Shown here in pieces: positions 10,637-21,919 of a stretch of DNA of 36,490 bases. The stretch is from Octopus bimaculoides (Eukaryota). The stretch lies in assembly GCF_001194135.2 (NCBI RefSeq), contig NC_069000.1, forward strand, positions 18,822,454 to 18,858,943, given 5' to 3'. Both the position numbers and the translations under genes were made by a program. The notes beneath the pieces were generated by a model. It was given only the letters and a program-made list of their open reading frames with translations, was not told the DNA's origin and searched no databases. Position 1 is the first letter of the stretch, and each line of letters starts with the position of its first letter.

Positions 10637-11250
10637 TCTCAGAGCTCTCAATTTTACTTGCTCTGGTTAATTTTGTAAGAGCAGACAACAGCCTGTTGTC
10701 AGGTGTCTCTCAGTCTTCTTCCATGATACTCAACACCCAAGTACCAATCTCAAAATCCTCACTGTTCCCAATAAAGCATTTCTCTGAGCATCTTCTATCC
10801 TCATGTCAATTCCACTTCCTCCAACAAATTTCTCAAACCTGGTTGTTAATGCTTCTAATCCCTCTACAACTACTGGGATGACAGTTACTTTCTTCATTGC
10901 TCACATTCATGCAATTCTGTCTTTTAGTAGCTTGTACTTCTCAATCTTTTTCAATTCTTCATCATCCACTCATACATCTCCAGGTATGGCAGTATCTATA
11001 ATCTTGGTTTCCTTCATCATTTTATCAACTACAACAATGTTTGGTCTCCCAGTATCAATTACTAAATTAGATTGGATTGCAAAATCCCACAAGATCTTAT
11101 ACTCATTATTCTCGGTGACACATTCTGGTTTTATGCTTGTACCAATTTAAGGTCCTTTCAAGACTGTACGTCTCACACAATCTCCAGTGAACATACCTAG
11201 CTGCATTATCATACCTCCTTTTGTATTTTGTTCCTTTTGAGCCAAATTAG
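10637..11250 (-). mobile_element. 3' fragment of R4/Dong-like (REL endonuclease) non-LTR retrotransposon
   Basis: Manual minus-strand translation: YVHWRLC...WYKHKPECVTENNEYKILWDFAIQ...GRPNIVVVDK...KIIDTAIPGD...KKIEKYKLL...VIPVVVEGL...ALLGTVRILR, with stops. This is the PD-(D/E)xK endonuclease region of R4/Dong/NeSL-type elements. Confidence 0.85.
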
Positions 11251-11289
11251 AAATTGAGAAATTGACAATTTGACAATATCTCAAAAGGC

Positions 11290-12240
11290 TCAGTTATTAT
11301 TGAGAATGGGCACCTGGCACATAGAATGTCATCAGGTGCTCACAACCCTCTATCAGTTGAGCAATGGGATTGGTGGATGTTCTGCTTTAGAAATATATAG
11401 AGGATTAGTGCCAGGGAAGTGAGACAACTTTCTCAGGGAGACCCTGGGTGCCAATGAGAATGAACTGGCTAGTCTGTTCCAAGGGACTATTATGGATAAT
11501 TTTCAGATGTCCTTGGCCTGGCAGTGCTACCTGAGGGCGCTACCAGTTGGAGATAAACTCTACAGGAACAGATGTGCTGTCGGACAGACTTGTCCAAGGT
11601 GCATGCAGAGTGATGAAACCATTCTGCACGCCCTCTTGTTCAGTGTCCAGGCATTGCTGACTTGTGGGGTTATGTTAAACAGCTGCTGTCACATGTGCGA
11701 CATCTGTCTGTCGGCTGAGTCTGTAGTGATGGTCGCAATGCTGCCCTCCTTCAATTGGGCAGGCAAGGCAGCTTTCCTTTGCCTGGTGGCTGTGGTGAAA
11801 GAGGTTGTTTGATGGAGAAAGTTGAAAGGCATGAAGACATATACATTCCTCTTTGGTAGAGCTCTCATTTACTTCAAGTTCCACTTGAAAAAAGAAGTGC
11901 TGTTCTTGAGTGAGTTTATTAAAAGGCGGATGAAAGTTGTCAAAATGGCAAGAGTGGATGTACCTCTCTAAGTGTAGACCTGCGAGTTGGAGAGGGCACT
12001 CACTCCTAGGGTTTCAAGGAAATCTCGGATAGTGGGGTTCCTCGATTATCCCTAGAGGCCTTCCTGTATCAGGAGGGCCCACATCTCTATCATCTTCCCC
12101 ATCAATTTTTTTTTTACCTTTGTATGTTATGCATATGTCCCTTGCTTTTTCAGAGTATACTGTGTATACTTTTTTTTATATCATTTCATTATTATATGTA
12201 AACCCCAACACTTTATGTTTGTATCTGTATTGTCCCCCTC
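11290..12240 (+). mobile_element. 3' fragment of L1/Tx1-like LINE (C-terminal Cys/His zf-RVT region plus 3' UTR)
   Basis: ORF 11492-11812 SLAWQCYLRALPVGDKL...CPRCMQSDETILHAL fits the Cx2C...ET.lH.l C-terminal motif. Frameshifted. Confidence 0.75.
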
Positions 12241-12269
12241 ATCCTTCGCACATTATTGTTATTATTATT

Positions 12270-12600
12270 CAGGTGGTAAGCTGGCAGAATCATTAGTACG
12301 CCAAGCAAAATTTGACTTTCCATTCCGAGTTCAAATTTCACCTAAGTCCATTTTGCCTTTCATTTGCATTTGCAAAAATTTGAAACCATTATTATTATTA
12401 TTCTGTGAGCTGACAGAATTGTTAGCAAGTTGGACAAAATGCTTACTGGCATTTCTTCTGACTTTGGGGTTGATAAAATAAACACCAGTTGTAGACTGGG
12501 GGTTGATGTAATCAACTTATCCCTCTCCTAAAATTTCAGGCTTGTGCTTATAGCAGAAAGGATTATTATTATTATTGAAAGGAAGTTAGAAACTATTATT
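12270..12600 (+). mobile_element. Two internally deleted family A SINEs
   Basis: GGTGGTAAGCTGGCAGAATC and GAGCTGACAGAATTGTTAG heads with SINE tails. Confidence 0.75.
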
Positions 12601-12605
12601 ATCAT

Positions 12606-12645
<40 letters not shown>

Positions 12646-12663
12646 TGTAGAAGAAGAAGAAGA
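12606..12663. repeat. (AGT)n/(AGA)n compound microsatellite
   Basis: Directly visible. It explains the poly-Ser and poly-Leu ORFs in the track. Confidence 0.95.
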
Positions 12664-12884
12664 TTGAACTTCAGCTGTTTATCAAATCTTCCCTCTTTGG
12701 TGAGTGTCTTTTTGTGCAAACTTAAGAAAGTGACAGTGTTCTTGTATCAAGAAGTGAGCTTTGGTTTTAGATATGTCTGCTTAATGAAACCAAAACAATC
12801 CAGGAAAATACAAAACATATACTTAGGTATCCTAAGTAAGTGAAATAAATATGTAAATGTTTAAAAGTCACTTATTAAATATTA

Positions 12885-14730
12885 TCATTGCCATTTAACG
12901 TCCACTTTCCATGCTGGCATGGGTTGGACGGTTTGGCTGAGCTTGCCAGAAGGCTGCACCAAGCTCCAATCTAATCAAGCAAAGGTTCTACAGCTGGATA
13001 CCCTTCCTAACGCCAACCACTCTGAGAGTGTAGTAGGTATTTTTACGTGCCACCAGCAGGGAGGTCAGTCAGGTGGTACTGGCAACGACCATGCTCAAAT
13101 GGTGCTTTTTACATGCCACTGGCACGGGACCAGTCAGCCGGCACTGGCATCAACCACACTCAAATGGTGCTTTTAATGTGCCACTGGCACAGGTGCTAAT
13201 CAGGCAGTACTGTCATCGGCTATGACAATGATTTCACTTGCCTCAACAAGTCTTCACAAGCACAGTTTATTGCCCAATGATTGAAGGGAACTCTGAAATG
13301 GGCTGGTTATGCTGCACTGGCATAGGCCATGGTTACGGTCTCATTTGGCTTGCCGGGTCTTCTCAAGCACAGCATATCTCCAAAGGTCTCGGTCACTTGT
13401 CATCACCTTGGTGAGACCTAATGTTCAAAGGTCATGCTTCACCACCTCATCCCAGGTCTTCCTGGGCCTACCTCTTCCAGAGGTTCCCTCAACTGCTAGG
13501 GTGTGACACTTTTTCACACAGCTGTCCTCATCCATATGACCGTACCAGCGCAGTCATCTCTCTTGCACACCACATCTGATGCTTCTTAAGTTCAACTTTT
13601 CTCTCAGGGCGCTTACACTCTATTGTGTATTCACACTGACATTACACATCCAGCAGAGCATACTAGCTTCATTCCTTGCAAGCTTGTGCATGTCCTCAGC
13701 AATCACGGCCCATGTTTCACTGCCATGTAGCATGGCTGTTTGCCCTCATGCATCATACAGTCTACCATTTACTCTGCACCAGCAGAGGTAGGAGCTCTCT
13801 GAACTTTGCCCAGGCTATTCTTATTCTAGCAGCTACACTTTCAGAGCACCCACCCCTGCTACTGACTTTGTCACCTAAGTAACGGAAGCTATCAACTACT
13901 TCTAGTTTTCTCCCTGGAATGTGGCAGAAGTTATTCTCTGCACATTTTCAGTGTTTATTGCTCCTGAGCATCTGCCACATACAAAAACTATCTTCCCAGT
14001 TAGCCTTCCTTTGATATTGCTGCACCTCTTATGTGTCCATAGCTTACACCAGGTACATCTTAAGGAGTTTCTACCTATGCCTTTTCTACAGATTGAGCAG
14101 GGCCATCTACCTGAAGGGAGTTTTGATTTGTCTGCCTTCCTACTTATTAAGACTTTAGTTTTTGCTTGATTGACTCTAAGGCCCTTCAATTCTAGACCTT
14201 GCTTCTACACCTGAAACTTTACCTCTAATTCTGATAGTGACTCAGCTATAAGAGCAAAGTCATCAGCATAGAGAAGCTCCCAGGGGCAGCCTGTCTTGAA
14301 TTCCTCTGTTATTGGAGGACTATGATGAATAAGAGGGGACTGATCCTTGGTGGACCCCTACCCCTACCTGGAATTCTTCACTGGACTTGTTGCCAACCCT
14401 CACCTTACTGACAGCATCCCTGTAGATGGCTTGTACAGCTCTCACTAACCATTCATTTATCCCTAGTTTCCTAATTGGCCACCAGATAAGGGATTGGGGG
14501 ATCCTCTCAAAGGCTTTCTCCGTGTCAATGAAAGCCAGGTACAGACGTTTATCTTTGGCTAGGTATTTCTCCTGCAGCTGTCTTACCCGAAATATAGCAT
14601 CAGTGGTGCTTTTCCTTGACAGAAACCCAAACTGCCTCTTGTCTAGACTGACTGTCTCCCTAATTAGTCGGGCTATGGCCCTCTCTGACTTTCATTACCT
14701 GATCCTTTAACTTGATACCTCTGTAATTAT
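12885..14730 (-). mobile_element. 5'-truncated RTE-clade LINE (RT C-terminal half, Cys-rich insert, 3' UTR)
   Basis: ORF 13902-14189 GLRVNQAKTKVLIS...WPCSICRKGIGRNSLRCTWCKLWTHKRCSNIKGRL. Upstream RT motifs (GSVPS..IIV, ELLYADDFAL) are disrupted. The 3' UTR has about 45-nt tandem units and a GGACGTTAAATG terminus. Confidence 0.9.
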
Positions 14731-15037
14731 TTCTATCTAATGCATCACCTTTACCTTTGTACCAGTTGACTATGGTGTTGCTATACCTGTCATTATTAAT
14801 ATTAGATAATGTTTCCTATATTTTTTCAAAAAACACAAAATATATTTTTAAAATATTGTGATCAATACATCATTTTATTTAAATTGTTAATTTATTCCTC
14901 TGTTTTCATTTGATTCTCTAACAACTGCTGACTTGTGACAACTTTGTTGACATGAACAAACATACCAGCTTTTGATTCACTGTGTAAAGCAAAGAATGAA
15001 CTCCTTTCGATAATTCTTTCTTTGACTTCTCTTTTTC

Positions 15038-15044
<7 letters not shown>

Positions 15045-15073
<29 letters not shown>
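15045..15073. repeat. (CT)n microsatellite
   Basis: Directly visible. Confidence 0.95.
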
Positions 15074-15076
<3 letters not shown>

Positions 15077-15191
15077 GCATAGTAGGATTATTTTTGTTTT
15101 ACCAACTTAGTATAATTTAGGATATTTTACTATCTAAATTTTGTATAATCAAAATGTTATTTGAAAATATTGACAATTTTATATTCTTCAG

Positions 15192-15225
15192 CTGAAAGGA
15201 AAGATTTGTCTGAAAATGAATACAG
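15192..15225 (+). CDS. Exon C: 34-nt exon (A)ERKDLSENEY
   Basis: TTTTATATTCTTCAG acceptor and CAG/GTATCA donor. Phase 1 to 2 exactly bridges exon B to exon D. Confidence 0.75.
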
Positions 15226-16080
15226 GTATCAATTTTATATTTTTTGTTTGTGAATATCGTTTATTTCATTTATATAATGCTTCTATAAAGAAACAAAAAT
15301 TCCCTCTGCTGGTTTATGCTGCAGCTGCAAATTAACTGTTTTTACCTTGAAGCTGCGTGTGATGGGAAATTTATATTATACTATGGGCACTTGAAAGAAA
15401 TTCAGCTGTGTTCCATCAAAAATATTTCCTCAAAATGAGCACTTATGGTTCATTGGCTAATGCAATAACTAGCAAAATTTAGTGATATGTAAACCATATT
15501 GCACCAGGATTAAAAAATAGTTTGTATATTTGTTGCTCCATGAGACAACTACCAAAATTATTGGAATATTTTCTGCATTGCATACCCTTAATAATTCTAT
15601 AGAAGGAAGGATGTTACCACAACACAGAATTACTTATTAGCCTTTGAGATTCTATGCCTAACATGGTTTAAGACCAATTCATTGTTAGGTACCTTCATTC
15701 GAGTTCACTGCATTGCAAACATTAGGACCAAGACCCAGGTTCCATCCTCTGCAGGTGTTCAGACTGGACATTAGCCTCACTAGATTAAGAATGAGGTCTG
15801 CAAAAATCATGGATACTGTCCTTCTTTACTTGAATAACTTGATGAAGAAAAGAATGAAAGAAAGAGCCTTCAAAGCTGCATTCTAAAACTTGTAATCATT
15901 TGATTTTTCTAACATTGTCAGAGATGTGCTTTCAGCTTTTTGCTATAGTTCAAACCAAACTTTCATCTGATTTCAAACCATCACCACTACAATCATCATT
16001 GCTATTTTCACTTTCATTATCATTACTATCATCACCACCACTATCACCATCATCATTTTATTACATCTTTACTTTTTCAG

Positions 16081-16181
16081 CAATAATATTCCAATGAAGA
16101 ATGTTAATAAATCTTCAGTTGGCGGACGAAGAAACAGAGATCTTCGTAATGACAACGATCAAGAAAAGCAGGCAATGACAG
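16081..16181 (+). CDS. Exon D: (S)NNIPMKNVNKSSVGGRRNRDLRNDNDQEKQAMT
   Basis: CTTTTACTTTTTCAG acceptor and CAG/GTATTA donor, phase 2 to 1. Hydrophilic and retains CpG, unlike the flanks. Confidence 0.8.
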
Positions 16182-16927
16182 GTATTATTATGGCTCTTTT
16201 TCATATTTCTTTATTCTATAATTATTCAAGCTACAGATGTCACGTGTCAACAGTTGATGAAATAACGAAGATTGGCTATTATTTTTTCTCAACAAACATC
16301 AGTCCATTATTTACATGGAAACACAAGCTTTTCTCTATTATCATGAGCTCAATCCCTGTAAATATGTCTTAATACAAGCACAACACATATTAACCAATAC
16401 AAAAAAAAAATCACCTATTTTCTTCAGAATCGGATGTTGCAACTGTACTTCTATTAAGTTGTTCGTGTCTTTATGGAAGTGAACACTTGGAGCCTTAAAC
16501 ACCTATGTTAACAGAAAAACTGATTTCCCTTAGGAAACTGACAGCCTTTGTTGGTCATATTGCTAAAGAACAATCATGAAGATGAGACACATCCATTGTC
16601 TGGTGAAGGACATTGATTACAACCTATTGTTTCGTTTGGTTAGCTTTCACTTAAATACTTAGGTTTGTTCAGCTTTGACATAGACAGTCCCCATCTATCA
16701 TAACTCCAAACAAACACTGGATATACACCAATGGTTATCTAATACAAAACATCTCAATTCTGATGATGGATTGGGACAAGACTGAGAAGAATGAAAGTGA
16801 CACATATATCCACATTGATTTTATATCAATGTTATTGATCCCTCATGGACAAAACTTGTACATATGTCATAGTAAAGTTTACTTAATTCACTCTCTCACC
16901 ATATAAAGACTTATGTATCCACTAATA

Positions 16928-17295
16928 TTTACTCAGAACTACCACAATGACTCGTGCCTTTAAACAGGACTATCACACAACAACTGTGTCTCTTTACACA
17001 GGACTTTCACACTACAACCATGTTGCCTTTATACAGGACTGTCACACGACAATTGTCTTACAATAACTGTGTTGTCTTTACTCAGGACTGTCACACAATG
17101 TCTGCATCTTTATACAGGGCTGTCATACAACAACTGTCTTTACACAAAACTGTCACACAATGACCGTGTCTTTACACAGGACTTGTGCAGTGACTCTTTT
17201 TAATGGAGGGCCTCCACTCAGTGATGGTGTTTTTCACAGGACTGACACATGACAACTGTGTGTCCTTACACAGGACTGTCAGACAGTAACTTTGT
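16928..17295 (+). repeat. Degenerate minisatellite of about 32 nt, roughly 10 units (TTTACACAGGACTGTCACACAACAACTGTGTC-like)
   Basis: The TTACACAGGACTGTCACAC core recurs at about 30-35 nt spacing. The last unit merges into the exon E polypyrimidine tract. Confidence 0.9.
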
Positions 17296-17311
17296 CTTTT
17301 CTTTGTTTTAG

Positions 17312-17335
17312 CTTACGAAGATGATCCTGAAGCAT
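17312..17335 (+). CDS. Exon E: 24-nt microexon (A)YEDDPEA
   Basis: CTTTTCTTTGTTTTAG acceptor, CAT/GTAAGT donor, phase 1-1, in frame. Confidence 0.8.
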
Positions 17336-18072
17336 GTAAGTTACAACTATATTATGCAGAACAGTTTTTATTTTTCTATTTATGCAAGGGGGGTGGGTTT
17401 GTTTACTTTCAATATTTTCCCATTCACCATTTGCTTCAATTTACCACCTTTCATCTAACTTGTGTGCTGGTGTTGGCATTTTATATTAACCCATTTGAAA
17501 CCTAAAATAAAATGCATTATCTAACATTTATTTGGTTACACATTCAGTTAAATAATTGTATTTGTTTTTATTTAGTGTTTGCATATGATTTTCTTATTCT
17601 TATTTTAGTTCAATTTGCATCTTGATTATAAATTTATTTCTTCTACCGTAGCTTATGACTTGTAAGAAAAAAGGGCTTCTTTTTTTTAATTTCCTTATTC
17701 ATGATGGTTTTATATTCTGTAAAACCTCTAGATGTTTTATATCTTGTATTTATATATGTTGGTATTTGAATGTTTCCTTATTGCCTCTGCATGTTCTGTT
17801 TTGTTTAGGTTTTCTACACTTAACATCATCCTTAAAAGTTGAACCTGCTGTCATTAATTAAAGTTATTGTATATTTTTGAGAACATAAACTTGGATTTTC
17901 TGTGATGTTCACCCAACATGGACTGTGTTTTAGTTTCCTCAACTTCGATTGTTGCTTTTACTGAAAAACAATTCTGCTCTGAATTTTAGTATTTAGTCAG
18001 GCTAAAATTAATAGTCAGTAGGTTGTACTGTAAAGATGTAGTTTAGTAAATCGGTCTGTTTTACTTGTGCAG

Positions 18073-18083
18073 GCAGCACACCA
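18073..18083 (+). CDS. Exon F: candidate 11-nt microexon (C)STP
   Basis: CTGTTTTACTTGTGCAG acceptor and CCA/GTGAGT donor. Phase 1 to 0, as needed to read exons G and H in frame. Confidence 0.5.
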
Positions 18084-18172
18084 GTGAGTTACCCACTTGC
18101 CTCCCACTTCTCTTGTCTTCTACTATTATATTTGACACTATTGAACTTGTTAAAGTGCACACTTTATCAGAC

Positions 18173-18461
18173 TGTCGTGCATGGGAAATGAAAAGAGGTT
18201 CACCTACCTTCCTCTTGTCAACCGCCTGTCTAGTAGTAATCTCTCCAATGATTCTACCCTACCCCTGTCACCCAGTATAAGCAGCTGCTATCCGACCAAC
18301 CCGGGAGTGAATTCCCTCAAGTCCATTTGTGATGCCTGCAGTGGGCAAAAAGAGGACAACGCTTGCCTCTCTACCCCCACTTCCCCTCTCATGCTTCCTT
18401 CTCTGGTCAGCCCCTTGACCATTGACAGTATGATCCTCTTCTTCCAGCTCATCCCTACACA
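18173..18461 (-). repeat. 3' LTR of the Gypsy element
   Basis: TGTCGTGCATGGGAAATG...ATCCCTACACA, roughly 80-85% identical by eye to 21920-22205. Confidence 0.9.
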
Positions 18462-18739
18462 CACACCCCTGATCTCAAAGATCCCCTCCTCACTTCACTC
18501 CATGTCGAAATCTACCCCCCACCTAGGTGGGCATCTTGTACGTTGTGATGTTCTTAAGCTGGGAACCTCATTCTCTTCCTCTTCTCCAGTCATCATCGGA
18601 CGAAGTAACAATCCTACGAACATCTAAGACGTGACACAGCATTCCATCCACAGAAATGTTGTTTTTGGAATTGACAGCTGTCACTGTTCGTCTGTTCTAC
18701 TCAGTTGTGCTGCATGCCTTTGGCGACTTGACCCAGACT

Positions 18740-19160
18740 TTATTTCCCACCTCCATGAATCCTCTCTCTTCCACAAGGTTTACTCAGATGCCGACATTCA
18801 TATTTGAATATTACTCTATGTGGCACAGACTCTTTGGCCTGTCCTGATTGGGGCGACATTTTGTACCGGAATACTGTTTCCAGCGGTGAGATGTGTCCCC
18901 TCTCTGCCATGGCCTTGATCATTCGATGATGTCTCTCCACGATCCCATTTCCACTTGGCCTGTATGCTGCTCTGAAAAAGCGGTGCACTTTCCACCTGTC
19001 AAGCATCTCCCTCAGCGCCTCTGAATGAAACGCTGTGCTTTTATTCAGCAGCAATTCGTCCACAAGGCCCCGCTCTAAGAATACCTTGTTTAGAATACTT
19101 GCCATTCTGTCCGCAGTGCCTGCTCTCAGTTCCCTCCAAATAGAGATCTGGCCTGGCCCT
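18740..19160 (-). pseudogene. Integrase core remnant
   Basis: FRAAYRPSGNGIVERHHRMIK retains the catalytic E. The second D is mutated (LLLNKSTAF) and the first-D segment appears deleted. Confidence 0.85.
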
Positions 19161-20364
19161 CAGTCAACCACCAATTGTGCTCTACCGAAATTTTTCCCTG
19201 TTCATGCACACTCAGAGCAGGGTCGATGGATTGACACCTATCACAATTCCCAACCACTTTTTGGATGCTCCATCTAGTAACATTGGCGTCAGTCCTCTTG
19301 GCAAGATACAGGGTCCTATCCATGCCCATATGATGCATGGTATGCAGTCTCCTTAGTTTGCAATCATTTAACCGACAGACTACAGCTAACCCTTGCTTCA
19401 AATCTTCTGGCTCCCCTAACCAGGCCTTTTTCACCCTGGTTAGAATGTCTGCCTTGTTTCTCTCTGAAGACACAAAGACCATATTCGGCTTCAGACCGAA
19501 CTTGCCAATCGGCTCTTCTAGAACCCCTAGGCAGCACTTCACTAACATTTCTGCAGGCCTTTTGGTTTGCACCCTCTTCTCATTGGTGATCCAGCCAAGC
19601 ACAGTGGCTGAATTTGTCTGGATTTTGATGGAGCACAGCCCCCATTTCAAGGCCAAATTCACTCCCTTTAGCACTGCATCCAACTCAGTGACATTGATAT
19701 GGTTGTGGTAATCTGCTCTTCGAAGCCAGGCCACGTCCTCCACTGCAGCACCTCCAATTTCCAACACAATTCTTGTTGCAATGCTGCTAGCATCACACCA
19801 TACAGTCCCATTATCCAATTTGAGCACATGCCAGTTCCCTCTAACTGGGTCTTCTGCTTTCATCCTCTCCAGGATTTCCCACATCATCACCACCGTCCTC
19901 TCTCCCACCTTGTCACCCCTGTTCTCCCCTTCTGCTCGTCTCTTGGTGTAACTGCATGCTGTACGCAGCCACCCCATGATCGAGTTGTGACCTACTAATT
20001 TCCCACACATCGAGAACAGTTCTTTCCTGCTGATGTTGGTACCCAGCTCCAGGATCTCATTCCCCCTCTGAAACACCAACACACCTGTTTTGTCTCTTTG
20101 AAGCTTAAGCCCCAGTGCAGCTCCTCCAGCCATTGGCTCTGGTGGCTTTATAATCAGCCTGAATTTCTTCAGATGTCTCTCAACCTCTGTGGCAGGCACT
20201 ACAATTTCATCCACTATGATGTCATCTATATAGGAATTGGTAGTCCTCCTTATCCTCTCTACCTTTCTCAGGATAGATTTGAGCACTCTCACCATGATTT
20301 TCGGTGTAAAATTCAGCCCGAAACCCAGCCTTGTCAGACAATATGTCCAGCCCTTGTATTGCAT
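19126..20364 (-). pseudogene. pol fragment: RT (YIDD), RNase H and integrase HHCC finger
   Basis: 412-aa ORF: CLTRLGFGLN, SYIDDIIV, WCDASS, NVTELDAVL, QTNS (D to N in the RNase H TDS motif), NKADILT, H..HH.G...C..C. Confidence 0.9.
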
Positions 20365-20934
20365 CAGATGATGCTGTCACAGTTTGTCGCTCACATGGAG
20401 CTGCAAATATGCCAACTTAAAGTCAACAATCGTCTCCATACACCCAGCATCTCACTGCAGATGTCAGTTGCCTCGCTACCTGTGTAGCACAATACATGGC
20501 CATCCATCTCCTGAAAGTCCAGTACCGGTCTGACTTTGCCCTATGTTGGCTGCACCACTGCCATTAGAGGTAGCACTCTGCTCACCACCTCCTCCTTCCA
20601 TGAGATAAGGACATCACTTGCTCCTGGTAGGTCCTTTCAGGGTATGCTGGTAGCAGCTCACCCTCTTCTTCAATGTCAGGGTTTCCAGCGCCACCGCTGA
20701 CCATCAAGTGCTGCCCAAAAATCTTTTCTTAAATGGTGTAAGAAGTGCAGCCCCTTGCAGAGCTCTTCTCCCTCTCACATTCCTAACTCATGGTGCACAG
20801 CGCCCCCATGGCACCAAACGAAACCATGTCTCCGCCAACACTGACACCTCCAAGACAGTCGGCCGCGTCCATCCCCATTACCACATCACATCAATCCCGT
20901 CTACCACGTGGTCAGTCACGATCGCCTGCTGTCT

Positions 20935-21138
20935 TCACATTGTGCCTTGTACCGCTATCTTCATGTCGCTGCTACCCTTGCATTTGATTTTGCTGCCGTT
21001 GACCACCCGAACACTATTCATCCCTTTCCATTTCTTTGTCACCCTCAGGGTCAGGAGAGACGTTGTGCAGCCTGTGTCCATGAGAGCCTTGAATGTGTTT
21101 CTCCTGACCACGACCTCAACTACAAGCAGTGTCTGCAC
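20935..21138 (-). pseudogene. Retropepsin (aspartic protease) remnant
   Basis: FKALMDTGCTTSLL fits the retroviral-type DTG protease motif. Confidence 0.8.
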
Positions 21139-21289
21139 AAGCGCCTCTACTGATTCGTGGGGTAAATTTGATAGGTTACAACTTCCCTGTGGCCTTTTTC
21201 CTGGTCACAATTTCAAGCGATATGCCCAATCTGTTTGCATTGGTAACAAATTGGTCCGGGCTCACGCAGTCCCTCTCCATGTGCGGTCC

Positions 21290-21890
21290 CTAGCACTTAA
21301 AACACCAGCTTGTGAACAGCCGCTGTTGTTTTACAGCAGGTTTCTTTTTGTCTTTCACCAGCTGTCGTGCAGCACCGCAGGCTTCTGCAACCACCATCAC
21401 TACTGCCTTCCACTGGTGTTTTGTGTCAACATGCAGGCTTGAACAAGGAGCTCGCTCATTGCCATTTTTTTGCCACCTGGCAATTGTTGTAGCCACACCA
21501 ACACATCGTCAGGAAAGTCATTCACAAAAGTTGGTCGTGTTACCTTCTTCTCCAAACCCTCTCTTGCGAGACCGGAAAGCACAGCCAGCCTCCGTACCTC
21601 CACAGCATATTCATCAACCTGTTCCCCTGTCCATCTGACTGTTCCCAGCTTAGCAAAAGCTGTGTAGTCTCCCTCTGTGTAAGCCTCTCTCAAGTGCTGC
21701 TCGATCTTTGCCTCACTCAGTTGTTCTTCATACATTTTGAGGTACAGTGCCACCATGCTCACTTCCAAATACAGCACCTTCAGTCTTGCTACAGCTTCGA
21801 TGCTTTGTAGCCTGGCCACAACTTTGACCATTCCAATCCAAGCTACTACGTCTCCATTGCTATAGAAAGGTCTGATGACATCACTGCCAT
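21290..21890 (-). pseudogene. gag remnant
   Basis: ORF 21400-21831 (VDEYAVEVRRLA...FVNDFPD) sits between the 5' LTR and the protease. A degenerate zinc-knuckle start (WCFKC) is at 21290. Confidence 0.7.
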
Positions 21891-21919
21891 CATATGTTAG
21901 GGGACTTGTTGAAATAGCT

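Noticed and set aside
10573-11150. Plus-strand ORFs with poly-Leu signal-peptide-like starts (also 12528-12843)
   Set aside because: Translations of microsatellites and of the antisense strand of the R4/Dong-like element.
18276-18289. TATAAGCAGCTGCT, identical to the HIV-1 TATA/E-box region as recalled
   Set aside because: A short coincidental match, antisense to the Gypsy transcription direction and not intact in the other LTR.
20708-21442. 244-aa plus-strand ORF and other plus-strand ORFs within the Gypsy element
   Set aside because: Antisense shadows of gag-pol with no domain signature.
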